NCBI GenBank assembly: GCA_041497975.1
Contig: JBGQHN010000003.1
Coordinates: 1-53,209 of the forward strand
Source of the DNA: Planctomycetia bacterium
GTDB taxonomy: Bacteria > Planctomycetota > Planctomycetia > Pirellulales > PALSA-1355
DNA: 53,209 nucleotides
Direction of reading: 5' to 3'
Part shown: positions 39,381 through 50,135 of the stretch, one piece after another
Layout of the letters: the number at the start of each line of letters is the position of its first letter
How positions within the stretch are numbered: position 1 is the stretch's first letter
Translations under genes and position numbers: made by a program
Notes under the pieces: generated by a model
What the model saw: the letters and a program-made list of their open reading frames with translations, nothing else
Database searches by the model: none
Told to the model about the DNA's origin: nothing

Positions 39381-39920
39381 TCACCGTTCCTTGCGCTCGC
39401 GAAAGTCCGCGTCGCTGTAATCGGCGATCAGCCACTTCTCGCCACGGCGCTCGAGCCTGACTTTGAACTTGCGGAACATGTGTTCGTAGGGAACGACGCC
39501 GCGCTTGTCTTGGCCCTCCACCCGGCCCGTAAAATAGGCGGTGGCCGACGGCGGAATCGTAAGGCGGTTGGGCCGTATTTCCAAATCGCCCCCGACGTGT
39601 GCCCGCGCGACGGTGAATCGCGAAAGCGCCGAGCGCACTTCGCCCAATCGCGGGCAATCGGGCGAAAAAGCGGCCAGCACCGCCGGCACGTCGTTGGCCT
39701 CCAGGTCGCCGGCCACCGCACCCAGTGCGTCCTCGATCGCTTCCGTTTCGGTAACGATCGTTCGCTCGAGAATCACCATTCCCGTCGTCAGAGCGAGCAC
39801 GACGAACATGGCCACGACGATTGCCCCCCGCCCCGTGCGCACTAGGGCAATCGCCAATAGGGCCTCTAAGACCATGCCGAGCATCAGGCTCGGCCAGGGA
39901 CTTTCGACAAACAAGGCCAT
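39381..39920 (-). CDS. Membrane protein with NTF2/SnoaL-like C-terminal domain
   Basis: Two N-terminal TM helices; helix-then-beta domain ending RRGEKWLI. Confidence 0.65.
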   Translation of the reverse strand: MALFVESPWPSLMLGMVLEALLAIALVRTGRGAIVVAMFVVLALTTGMVILERTIVTETEAIEDALGAVAGDLEANDVPAVLAAFSPDCPRLGEVRSALSRFTVARAHVGGDLEIRPNRLTIPPSATAYFTGRVEGQDKRGVVPYEHMFRKFKVRLERRGEKWLIADYSDADFRERKER

Positions 39921-39932
39921 GCGCTGCCTCGA

Positions 39933-40277
39933 TCAATCGGGCCCAGTCGCGCCCGCGCGCGGTGCGTGTTTGCTTCGCCAGAGCATGGCCGAGGAGACGA
40001 TCAACATGCCCGAGAAAAGAACCAAGAGGGGCCACAGAGGAATAATCAATTCGCCGGCGGCCGGGGGCGGAGCGGCGCCCTCCTGTCCTTGGGGGCGCGC
40101 AGCGTTTGAGCCTTCCACTTGCCGCCGCTCGATTTCCTGGCGCGCGTAATACTGCATCTCCAGCCGTCGCTGCCGCTTCGCGTATTGCGGCAGAATGACC
40201 AGCAGGCACACGACGCCCGCGGCGGAAAACAACATCGCCCAGAACCAAGGCGAATCGGCAATCCCAGGGCGTGCCAT
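39933..40277 (-). CDS. Small two-TM hypothetical protein
   Basis: GGGAGG RBS; DSPWFW, YAKRQRRLE, LIIPLWPL. Confidence 0.68.
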   Translation of the reverse strand: MARPGIADSPWFWAMLFSAAGVVCLLVILPQYAKRQRRLEMQYYARQEIERRQVEGSNAARPQGQEGAAPPPAAGELIIPLWPLLVLFSGMLIVSSAMLWRSKHAPRAGATGPD

Positions 40278-40337
40278 ACGGTGCGTCCTCCCAAGACCAT
40301 TATGGCATATGCCGTCACGTCTCGGTCGAGCGACGTC

Positions 40338-40437
40338 GCTGCTCGTTGAAAAAGTGGGACAGGCACCTCGCGAACATTGATCCTTCAGGGATCGCGGGCG
40401 ATCTGGCTCGGAGCCAGTCCCATTTTTTCACGAGGCG

Positions 40438-40440
<3 letters not shown>
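40338..40440 (-). repeat. ~100-bp MITE/REP-like dispersed repeat, copy 2
   Basis: Reverse-complement match to 12532-12634; begins at the eno TAG. Confidence 0.85.
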
Positions 40441-42098
<1,658 letters not shown>

Positions 42099-42211
42099 GA
42101 TCGTTTGGCTCTCTGAATTACACGGAACGTACCGGCCGTTTTGCTTGGGCGAAGTGAGGCATTGTGAAATACAAGACCCGCAAACGCAATGGGGAGCAGC
42201 GCCAAGCGGCC

Positions 42212-43312
42212 TTAGCAGATCGTGGCCTGATCGACTGCCGATTCGGCAAGGATCTGCAGGTCGATCGCGATGCCCGGACCGGGAGTCTTTGGTAGCAGAA
42301 GGCCCAGCGTTCCGGCCTTGGTCGGCTTGATCGACGCCGCTTCGCCCGGCTTGTTCCAAACAGCGGTATGAAATGCGACCGCCTCGGCCGGCGCGGTAAG
42401 GTTGGGCAAGGTGCCCAACGCGGCCGCCGAGTAATAGGCAAGCGCGCCGCTGGCTCCGCCGCCGAGCGCGCAGGGCACGCGGGCCTCTTCGCACACTTCG
42501 CGAATCGCTAAGGCGGGCGTCAGTCCGCCCACGGCAGCCACGTCAATCCGCAATTGCCGGCAACTACCCAAGTCGATCGCTTGTTCGACTCGCGCCAGCG
42601 AAGTCACGCTCTGGTCGAGGCAGATCGGCGTGCGGATCGCTTGTTGCAGCATCGCGTGACCGACCAAATCGTCAGCCGCGAACGGTTGCTCAATGAATTG
42701 CAGAAAAAAATCTTCCAAGCGATAGAACATTTCCTGCTGGCCGAGGCTGCACATGCCGTCGCAATCGATGGCGACCGGCGCAACCGCAAACGTTTCCCGT
42801 ACGGCCCTGACCACCTGAATGTCCCAGCCCGGCCGAAATTTGAGCGTCACGACCGCGTAGCCGGCGTCGACGGCCGCGCCGACGTCGGCCAGCAGGTCGT
42901 CGATCGATTCCTTGGGAAAAAGGCTAATGCCCACAGGAATGGCAATTCGCGAACCTCCCAGCACCTCAAACAGCGGTTTGCCTAGTTCCTCCGCCCTCAA
43001 GTTCCACCAGGCCATGTCCAGCGCGGACTTTGCCCTGGAGTTGCCCTGAAACGGTTCGATCGCCTTCTGCAAGTCGTGCCCGGAGTTCACTTCGCGGCCC
43101 ACGATGGCCGGCGCCATCCAATCGCGTATGCAATCAAACGCGCCGCTGGCCCACTCCGGAGCCTCAAACGGCCCAACCGTCAGGCTCGCTTCTCCAAACC
43201 CGATCCGATCGCCGCTCGACATGGCGACCAACACGGATTCGAGCTCGGCGCCAAAGCTCGACGTGAAACCCGTTAGCCGGACACGGAACAGTTGTATCGA
43301 ATCAATGTGCAT
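42212..43312 (-). CDS. Enolase-superfamily protein, OSBS/NAAAR (MenC)-like with divergent active site
   Basis: GFGE, GNSRAKSALDMA, EQP, TPICLDQS, VGGLT, PGPG. Confidence 0.75.
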   Translation of the reverse strand: MHIDSIQLFRVRLTGFTSSFGAELESVLVAMSSGDRIGFGEASLTVGPFEAPEWASGAFDCIRDWMAPAIVGREVNSGHDLQKAIEPFQGNSRAKSALDMAWWNLRAEELGKPLFEVLGGSRIAIPVGISLFPKESIDDLLADVGAAVDAGYAVVTLKFRPGWDIQVVRAVRETFAVAPVAIDCDGMCSLGQQEMFYRLEDFFLQFIEQPFAADDLVGHAMLQQAIRTPICLDQSVTSLARVEQAIDLGSCRQLRIDVAAVGGLTPALAIREVCEEARVPCALGGGASGALAYYSAAALGTLPNLTAPAEAVAFHTAVWNKPGEAASIKPTKAGTLGLLLPKTPGPGIAIDLQILAESAVDQATIC

Positions 43313-43340
43313 GCGGGTTCGGTCGGCGGCAATCGTGCGA

Positions 43341-44846
43341 TTAGGCGCGCGATGAGTTCATGCGACTTTCAGTGATTTCCACGGCTTTGAGCAGGCCGCG
43401 GGCCTTGTTGAGCGTTTCTTGATACTCTCCGCTCGGCTGGCTATCGGCAACGATTCCGGCGCCGGCCTGGATATAGGCCCGCTTACCCTGCACGACTAAA
43501 GTCCTCAGCGCGATGCAGGTATCCATGTTGCCGTTGAAGTCGACGTAGCCCACGGCGCCGGCATAGGGTCCGCGACGGTGCGGCTCGAGCTCATCGATGA
43601 TTTCCATGGCCCGCACCTTGGGGGCGCCCGAGACGGTGCCGGCCGGCACGCAGGCCCGCAGGGCGTCAAAGGCGTCTTTGCCCTCGGCCAATTGCCCGCT
43701 CACGTTGGACGTAATGTGCATGACGTGGCTGTAGCGCTCGATGGTCATCACGTCGGTCAATTCGACGGAGCGGTAGCGGGCGACCCGTCCGACGTCATTG
43801 CGTCCCAGGTCGACAAGCATCACGTGTTCGGCCCGTTCCTTGGGATCGGCCAGCAGTTCCTCGGCCAGCCGCAGATCTTCCTCCTCGTCGGCCCCCCGCC
43901 GACGGGTGCCGGCCAAGGGTCGCACGGTCACTCGCCCGCCCACCACGCGAACCATGATTTCGGGCGAACTGCCGACCAGGGTCACGCTGGGGGTGCGCAG
44001 ATAGAACATGAACGGGCTCGGATTGACGACTCGCAGTGTGCGGTAGATCTCGAACGGGTCGCAGTGAATGTCGAGCTGCAATCGCTGGCTGATGACCACC
44101 TGAAAAACGTCGCCCGAGCGGATGTATTCGACGCACCGCTCGACGGCGCGCTGGAAATCGGCTTGAGAGAAATTGGATTCATAAGCGATCGTCGGCTGTC
44201 CGCCGGTTTCGATGTCGGCCGGCGGCAGGTTGCGGTCGGGCCTTTCAAGCTGGTCGACGATCTCATCGATTCGCCGCTTCGCGTCGGCATAGGCGGCCGC
44301 CTTGTCGGAGTCGAAACGGTCCAGTCGCGCCATCGCCACCACGACGTTGGTCTTATTCACGTGGTCAAACACGACCATGTGGTCGTAGAACGCGAACGAC
44401 AGGTCGGGCAATTGCCGGTCGTTGGCCGGCGCGTTGGGCAAGTCTTCGGTATAGCGAATGACATCGTAGCCGGCATAGCCGACCGCGCCGCTGGTAAACG
44501 GCGGGAGTCCGGGCACGCAGGCGGAACGAATCGCCTCGACGCGGTTTTTCAACTCGTCCAAGGGATCGGCCGCGGTGAATTCCTCGCGGCCCGCGGCCGA
44601 GTCAACGGTGACGCGATTCCCGCGAGCCTCGATCTGCAAGAAAGGATTGGCGGCCAGAAAACTGTAGCGGCCGACTTTTTCGCCGCCAATCACGCTTTCG
44701 AACAGGCAGGCGCTGGGCCCAAAGTCGATCTTATGGAAGGCCGAAACGGGCGTCAGCGTGTCGCCCAGCAAGCGTCGAAACACCGGCACCAGCTCGACGC
44801 CGACGGCCAGTTTCGAAAACGTGGCGAAATCCGGGGAATACTTCAT
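43341..44846 (-). CDS. trpE: Anthranilate synthase component I
   Basis: LTPV, LFES, GRYSF, GDVFQVV, NPSPFM, EHVMLVDLGRND, GTVSGAPK, QAGAGIV. Confidence 0.93.
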   Translation of the reverse strand: MKYSPDFATFSKLAVGVELVPVFRRLLGDTLTPVSAFHKIDFGPSACLFESVIGGEKVGRYSFLAANPFLQIEARGNRVTVDSAAGREEFTAADPLDELKNRVEAIRSACVPGLPPFTSGAVGYAGYDVIRYTEDLPNAPANDRQLPDLSFAFYDHMVVFDHVNKTNVVVAMARLDRFDSDKAAAYADAKRRIDEIVDQLERPDRNLPPADIETGGQPTIAYESNFSQADFQRAVERCVEYIRSGDVFQVVISQRLQLDIHCDPFEIYRTLRVVNPSPFMFYLRTPSVTLVGSSPEIMVRVVGGRVTVRPLAGTRRRGADEEEDLRLAEELLADPKERAEHVMLVDLGRNDVGRVARYRSVELTDVMTIERYSHVMHITSNVSGQLAEGKDAFDALRACVPAGTVSGAPKVRAMEIIDELEPHRRGPYAGAVGYVDFNGNMDTCIALRTLVVQGKRAYIQAGAGIVADSQPSGEYQETLNKARGLLKAVEITESRMNSSRA

Positions 44847-45047
44847 CGCGGCCGCGGCGAATGAGAGTGGCAGTGGCGGTTGTGCCTGAATCCGTCCATG
44901 CGTGACAGACACATCTTGGGCAGGCATGGGTTCGGTCCGTTCAGCTTAGCAGGCGCCCGACGGCGCGACAACGCGGCTAGCACGCTTCGCCGCTCGTCGT
45001 ATTTCTCGTGAAATTCTCGGGGGGATTGACGCGTCGCGCCATCCGCC

Positions 45048-45075
45048 TTGACACCCTTGAGGCTGTTGTTAGAAT
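45048..45075 (+). promoter_or_regulatory. Sigma70-type promoter upstream of mcsA
   Basis: TTGACA-N16-TAGAAT with extended TG; a second TATAAT at 45102. Confidence 0.55.
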
Positions 45076-45189
45076 CCCACTGGCTTTGCCCGGCCCCACG
45101 ATATAATTGATCTGATAGACGGAGCCCGCTCACATTATCGCGATCGTCAAGCCGCGGGCGGCCGCTTCAGACAGTTCTTGGGGACTTCC

Positions 45190-45705
45190 ATGAAGTGTCA
45201 ACAGTGCAATAAGACGGCGACCTTTCATATCACGGAACTGACCAAGGGCAAACCGCAAGAACTGCACTTGTGTGAAGAGCACGCGCGGCAGTATCTGACC
45301 CAGAGTGAAGAAGAACCGGCGGTCGCTCCCAGCCTTGCCGGCGTTCTGGCTCATCAACTGGCGGTTGGCCAGACCGCCGAAGAACTCGCTCGGCTCGACC
45401 AGCGCTCCTGCCCGGTGTGTGGCATCACGTTTTACGAATTCCGCAACCAGGGGCGGCTGGGCTGTCCGTACGACTATGTTTGTTTCCAAGCGGAATTGGA
45501 GCCGCTTATCGTCAACATCCACGGCGAAACGGAGCACGTCGGCAAGAAACCCGCTAAGTATCCCCAGGGAACCGAAAAACGCACGCAACTGATTCGCCTG
45601 CGGCGCGAAATGAAGGAAGCCATCGGCGAAGAAGAGTACGAGCGTGCATCGCGATTGCGCGACGAAATTCGTGCCATCGAGGAGGCCGCGCCCGGAGACA
45701 AGTAG
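45190..45705 (+). CDS. mcsA: McsA-like protein (Zn motifs plus UVR domain)
   Basis: CQQC, LCEEH, CPVC, GRLGC, H.GK.P, EEYERASRLRDEI. Confidence 0.9.
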   Translation: MKCQQCNKTATFHITELTKGKPQELHLCEEHARQYLTQSEEEPAVAPSLAGVLAHQLAVGQTAEELARLDQRSCPVCGITFYEFRNQGRLGCPYDYVCFQAELEPLIVNIHGETEHVGKKPAKYPQGTEKRTQLIRLRREMKEAIGEEEYERASRLRDEIRAIEEAAPGDK

Positions 45706-45774
45706 CCGCTCGCGCGCTCGACCGCCCGGCCAACCGAGCGCGGCTTGACCTTCCGAAGCCGGATTGGAACTCAT

Positions 45775-46854
45775 GTGGTAGATCTCAACCAACTAGTACG
45801 CACCAGCGGCGAATGGCTTCGGGGCTCCGGACCTGAATCCGACATCGTCATCAGCAGCCGCATTCGACTGGCGCGCAATCTGGCCGATTTCCCGTTCATC
45901 AGCCGGGCCACCCAGGCCGACCGCGGCGAGATCGAGGCCATCCTCCGCGATCGCATCTTGCACATTCAAGAGTCGGGCGAGCTGGAGTACGTCAACGTCA
46001 ACGAACTCAAGGGCATCGACCGCCAGTTTCTCGTCGAACGCCAATTAATCAGCCGCGAGCACGCCGAGAGCGAAGGTGCCCGCGGCGTGGCGATTGATCG
46101 CCGCGAACAAGTCAGCTTGATGATCAACGAAGAGGATCACTTGCGGATTCAGGTCATGCACAGCGGGTTGGACCTGGACGCCGCCTGGCGACAGATCGAT
46201 CGCATCGATTCGCTGATCGCCGAGCGCGTGATCTTCGCCTTTCACCCGAAGCTGGGATACCTGACGGCCTGCCCCACCAACGTGGGTACCGGCGTGCGCG
46301 TGAGCGTGATGCTGCACCTGCCGGCACTCGTCATCACGCGGCAGATCGACAAGGTCTTCCGCAGCCTGCAAAAGATCAGCCTGGCGGTTCGCGGCCTGTA
46401 CGGAGAGGGCTCGCAAGCCATGGGCGACTTCTACCAGATCAGCAACCAGATCACCCTGGGCAAAAGCGAGACCGACCTGGTGAAACAAGTGGGTGACATC
46501 GTGCCGGTGCTGATCGACTACGAACGCCAGGCACGCGACTTTTTGGTCCGCGAAAGCCACGAGAACCTGCACGACAAAGTGAGCCGCGCCTACGGCATCC
46601 TGCGAACGGCGCAAACGATCAGTTCCGAGGAAACGATGCACTTGCTCTCCAGCGTGCGGATGGGAGTCAATCTCGGGCTGATCGACGACCTGCAAATCCC
46701 CATGCTCAACGAGCTGTTCATCCACACCCAGCCCGCCCACCTGCAAAAGCTGCGCGGCGTGGAGCTGGACACGGCCGATCGCAATATCGAGCGGGCCCGG
46801 TATCTGCGCCGCCACCTGAACAAGGAAGACGGCGACAACGCGGGAAAGAACTAG
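45775..46854 (+). CDS. mcsB: Protein arginine kinase McsB
   Basis: SSRIRLARN, NEEDHLRIQ, YLTACPTNVGTG, RGLYGEG, YQISNQ. Confidence 0.95.
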   Translation: MVDLNQLVRTSGEWLRGSGPESDIVISSRIRLARNLADFPFISRATQADRGEIEAILRDRILHIQESGELEYVNVNELKGIDRQFLVERQLISREHAESEGARGVAIDRREQVSLMINEEDHLRIQVMHSGLDLDAAWRQIDRIDSLIAERVIFAFHPKLGYLTACPTNVGTGVRVSVMLHLPALVITRQIDKVFRSLQKISLAVRGLYGEGSQAMGDFYQISNQITLGKSETDLVKQVGDIVPVLIDYERQARDFLVRESHENLHDKVSRAYGILRTAQTISSEETMHLLSSVRMGVNLGLIDDLQIPMLNELFIHTQPAHLQKLRGVELDTADRNIERARYLRRHLNKEDGDNAGKN

Positions 46855-47354
46855 CCGGCCGTCATCTTGCGGCGGATTGCCGGCACAATCTCGCTCGGCA
46901 CAAATCGCGCCAGCTCTTCATCGCCCGCCAGGGCCGCGATCTGCTTGATCAGCGAGCTCGAGACGTGCGAATACTGCTCGTCGGCCATCAGAAAAACCGT
47001 TTCGACCCCCGGGTCGAGCTTGCGGTTGGCCAGCGTCATGGTGAACTCGGCCTCCGTGTCGCCCAACGAACGCACGCCGCGCACCAGCACCCGGGCGCCG
47101 CACTGCCGCACAAAACTGACGGCCAGCCCGGAGAACGATTGCACCTCGACGTTTTTCAAATGCAGGACGCTGCGACGGACCAATTCCACGCGTTCTTCGG
47201 GCGAGAATAGCGACTGCTTCTCGATGTTGACGCCGATGCCCACGATCAGCTTGTCGACCAGCCGGCTGCTGCGCTCGATGACGTTCAGGTGTCCCAGCGT
47301 GATGGGATCGAACGACCCGGTATAGACGGCGATTCGCGAATCGGAATTGGTCAT
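46851..47354 (-). CDS. coaD: Phosphopantetheine adenylyltransferase
   Basis: YTGSFDPITLGH, LVRGVR, VSSSLIK. Confidence 0.95.
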   Translation of the reverse strand: MTNSDSRIAVYTGSFDPITLGHLNVIERSSRLVDKLIVGIGVNIEKQSLFSPEERVELVRRSVLHLKNVEVQSFSGLAVSFVRQCGARVLVRGVRSLGDTEAEFTMTLANRKLDPGVETVFLMADEQYSHVSSSLIKQIAALAGDEELARFVPSEIVPAIRRKMTAG

Positions 47355-47438
47355 GAGGCGGCCCCCTGGCGAGGTCGAGCTATCGCAAGCCGGTGCGCAA
47401 TTCTAGCTTGCGGCTGGAGGCCGAGCGAGAGCGGCCCG

Positions 47439-48797
47439 TTAGCTTAAATCCATGGACAGCCAGTGGCGATAGGCGGCACGGGTCAAAATCAGCCCGATCG
47501 CCACGCAGACGGTGGCAAAGGTGGTGAAGAAGAGATATCCAGACATCCAGCCGTACCGGCCGGAGATGCGCTGCAACACCGTAGCGACAAGAAGCGGGGA
47601 GAAAAACGCCAACCCAAGCGACACGACAAGGACGCCGACAAATAGCGGCATCCAGGCTCGAAATCGCAACGTGGCCAGCCCAGTGCCAAACAGCAGCATG
47701 GACACGCTCCACATGGCCGTCGCGTGAGCGGCCAGGCCTTTTGTAAACTCGAAGCCCGCTTGTTCGATAAGAATCAGATAGCCGCATGCGGCGACGATCG
47801 TGGCCACGCTCGTCCACAAACAGAAATCGAGCGCCATCGCGACAAGTATCTGTCGCAAGAACGGACCGCGCGCCGCGGGGTACATGAATTCCTGGGTGAG
47901 CGCATTGCAGCGGAAGCGCCACGAGCTGAAGGGCGCAAAGAGCATCAGCCCCGTGCCGACCGTCATCACCACCCAACCGCCTGACGGCTCGCCGAGGACA
48001 TACCAACCCACGGGCACAAGCGCAATGATCGCGATCGAGAACAGCGCCAGTTCGGGCCACGAAATCGTGCTCGGAATCCGCCGCCAGGCGATTGACGCTC
48101 CACGGCCGGCGCCAGCATTCAGCCGCCGATCGAGCGCGGCGTCGCGCCAATCGCGCAGCCGATTCATCCAGGGGTTGCCGGAAAGCTCCACACTGGATTG
48201 TTCGAGCGAAAAGTCATCGCTCACGGCCACGGCCCTGTCCGACAGGCGCGCGAGCCGCCACGCCGCCAGGGCGTATCCCACGACCGCCAAACCAATCAGC
48301 CCCCAATAAGCGCCCCACTCGTCGCCGGCCATGAATCGCAAGGCGAACGTATCGCCCCGGTGGCGAGGTATGACCATCCATACTACGAGCAAGGGAGCTG
48401 CCGGTATGAGCACGATGGTCTTGGGCCACAGCACCACCGCGGCCATCAACACGGCCGCCAGCGCGTGTACGCTAATCACGGGCAATGGGCTGACGTGTAT
48501 TTGCGCCGCCTCCCACCAGGGCACGGCAATCCACACCAGCGCACTTGCGGCCACGGCCACTACGAAGTGCGGGACGAAGAAATCGGGCATGAGGTGCGCC
48601 TGTGGCGTGGCGAATTGCCGCCGCAGGTGCAGCGCGCCCAGCCCGGTAACGATGCACGCGAATAACACCGAGCTGGGGAGCGGAATGTGCGGCATATCCG
48701 GGGTGCGCAGGCCGGCAAACGCCAAATAGCAGCCACCGAAAATCCAGAACCTGGGACGGCGCACATACGAGTGCACGACGTGGGCATACTTATTCAT
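47439..48797 (-). CDS. Polytopic membrane protein, probable ABC exporter permease
   Basis: About 12 hydrophobic segments; overlaps the ABC ATPase stop. Confidence 0.72.
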   Translation of the reverse strand: MNKYAHVVHSYVRRPRFWIFGGCYLAFAGLRTPDMPHIPLPSSVLFACIVTGLGALHLRRQFATPQAHLMPDFFVPHFVVAVAASALVWIAVPWWEAAQIHVSPLPVISVHALAAVLMAAVVLWPKTIVLIPAAPLLVVWMVIPRHRGDTFALRFMAGDEWGAYWGLIGLAVVGYALAAWRLARLSDRAVAVSDDFSLEQSSVELSGNPWMNRLRDWRDAALDRRLNAGAGRGASIAWRRIPSTISWPELALFSIAIIALVPVGWYVLGEPSGGWVVMTVGTGLMLFAPFSSWRFRCNALTQEFMYPAARGPFLRQILVAMALDFCLWTSVATIVAACGYLILIEQAGFEFTKGLAAHATAMWSVSMLLFGTGLATLRFRAWMPLFVGVLVVSLGLAFFSPLLVATVLQRISGRYGWMSGYLFFTTFATVCVAIGLILTRAAYRHWLSMDLS

Positions 48798-49674
48798 CGT
48801 GCAGCTCCAAGAAAATCTCCTCGAGATTCAAGTCTTGCACCTCCACGGTGGCGTGCCACTCGGCTTCCATCTTGTCGACGAGCTCCGGCGAGTGAGAGCG
48901 AACCGTCACCAGCGCGCGGTTGCCCTCGATTCGCTGCCGCAAAATGCCCGGCAGCTCGAACCGCTCGGGAAACGTGTTGCGCGAACTGAGACTAAGCCGC
49001 TTGATCTGGTCCTTGAGCTCACCCAGTTCGCCGAAGAAACTGATTTGACCGTTTTGCAAAATTGCCACGCGGTCGGCGACGCGCTCGACGTCGCTCGTGA
49101 TGTGCGTGGAAAAGATCACACTGCGCTGGCCGCCGGCGGCAATTTCGAGCACGAACTTCAAGAACTCGCGCCGCGCCGAAGGGTCGAGGCTGGCGACCGG
49201 CTCATCCAGCACCAGCAGTTGCGGCTCGTGCCCCAGCGCCAGCACGATGGCCAGTTTTTGCAGCTCTCCGACCGATAACGTGCCGGCCCGGCGGCTGAGC
49301 GGAATCTCCCATGCCCGCACCAGCCGATCGACGAGCTGCGGATTCCAACGAGCATAGAACGAGCCGGTGTAGGCGATAATGTGCCGCACCTGCATCCAGG
49401 GGTAGAGCTGCGGATTCTGCGCCACGTAGCCGATGTGCTGCTTGGCGCTGGCGCTTAAGTTCCAGGCCGGTTCGTCGAGCAGGGTCACGGTGCCGTGTTG
49501 CGGCCGGGCCAGCCCCAAGGCGCAGCGCAACAGCGTGGTCTTGCCCGCCCCGTTCTTTCCCAACAGGCCCACCACGGAGCCGGCGGGAATCTCGAGCGTG
49601 AGCCGGTCGAGCACTGCCCGGCCCGAGTAGATTTTCGACACGGCCCGCATTTCCAGCACGATGTTTTGGTTCAT
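48790..49674 (-). CDS. ABC transporter ATP-binding protein (YtrB-like)
   Basis: GKNGAGKTT, LSVGE, LDEP, STH, NLEEIF. Confidence 0.93.
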   Translation of the reverse strand: MNQNIVLEMRAVSKIYSGRAVLDRLTLEIPAGSVVGLLGKNGAGKTTLLRCALGLARPQHGTVTLLDEPAWNLSASAKQHIGYVAQNPQLYPWMQVRHIIAYTGSFYARWNPQLVDRLVRAWEIPLSRRAGTLSVGELQKLAIVLALGHEPQLLVLDEPVASLDPSARREFLKFVLEIAAGGQRSVIFSTHITSDVERVADRVAILQNGQISFFGELGELKDQIKRLSLSSRNTFPERFELPGILRQRIEGNRALVTVRSHSPELVDKMEAEWHATVEVQDLNLEEIFLELHDE

Positions 49675-50075
49675 TTGAGGTCGAGCTCCTTGAGCACGCG
49701 GTCCAATAGCGCTTGCACTTGTTTCCCGCTGAGCGACAACTGATAGGCCTCGGCCGCCACCTGGCGCAGCAGCGGCAGCAATTGGTCTTGCCGCTCGCGC
49801 AGCGTGCCGTTGCGGGGCGCGTCGCCGCGCGGCACGATGCGCATTCCTTGTCCGCGCACCAGCTCGACGACCCGCTCGCGCTCCAGCAAGGAATATGCCT
49901 TGGAGACAGTCATGGGATTAATTTCAAGTTCGGTGGCGACTTGTCGCACCGAGGGCAGAAAATCGTCCGCCCCAAAGCGTCCGCTGGCGACGTGGCGCAG
50001 GACCTGGTCGACGATCTGGCGATAGATCGGCAGGCCCGAGGTGGGAAAGACGCGAAATAGAAAATCGGCGGCCAT
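49671..50075 (-). CDS. GntR family regulator, YtrA subfamily
   Basis: PIYRQI, LPSVRQVA, INPMTVSKAY, RGQG; short C-domain; precedes ABC genes. Confidence 0.92.
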   Translation of the reverse strand: MAADFLFRVFPTSGLPIYRQIVDQVLRHVASGRFGADDFLPSVRQVATELEINPMTVSKAYSLLERERVVELVRGQGMRIVPRGDAPRNGTLRERQDQLLPLLRQVAAEAYQLSLSGKQVQALLDRVLKELDLK

Positions 50076-50080
50076 GCGCA

Positions 50081-50111
50081 TTAGTGTAGTAATACACTAA
50101 CGAGCGTGCAA
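50081..50111 (-). promoter_or_regulatory. Promoter with overlapping palindromic GntR/YtrA operator
   Basis: Minus strand TTGCAC-N17-TACACT; inverted repeat TTAGTGTA-gtaa-TACACTAA at 50081-50100. Confidence 0.82.
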
Positions 50112-50135
50112 GAGGGCGACCGAAAGTTTTCTACG

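Noticed and set aside
43578-44864. 428-aa plus-strand ORF
   Set aside because: Antisense shadow of trpE.
44847-45189. trp attenuator leader or CtsR heptad repeats
   Set aside because: No Trp-rich leader peptide or GGTCAAA tandem repeat recognised.
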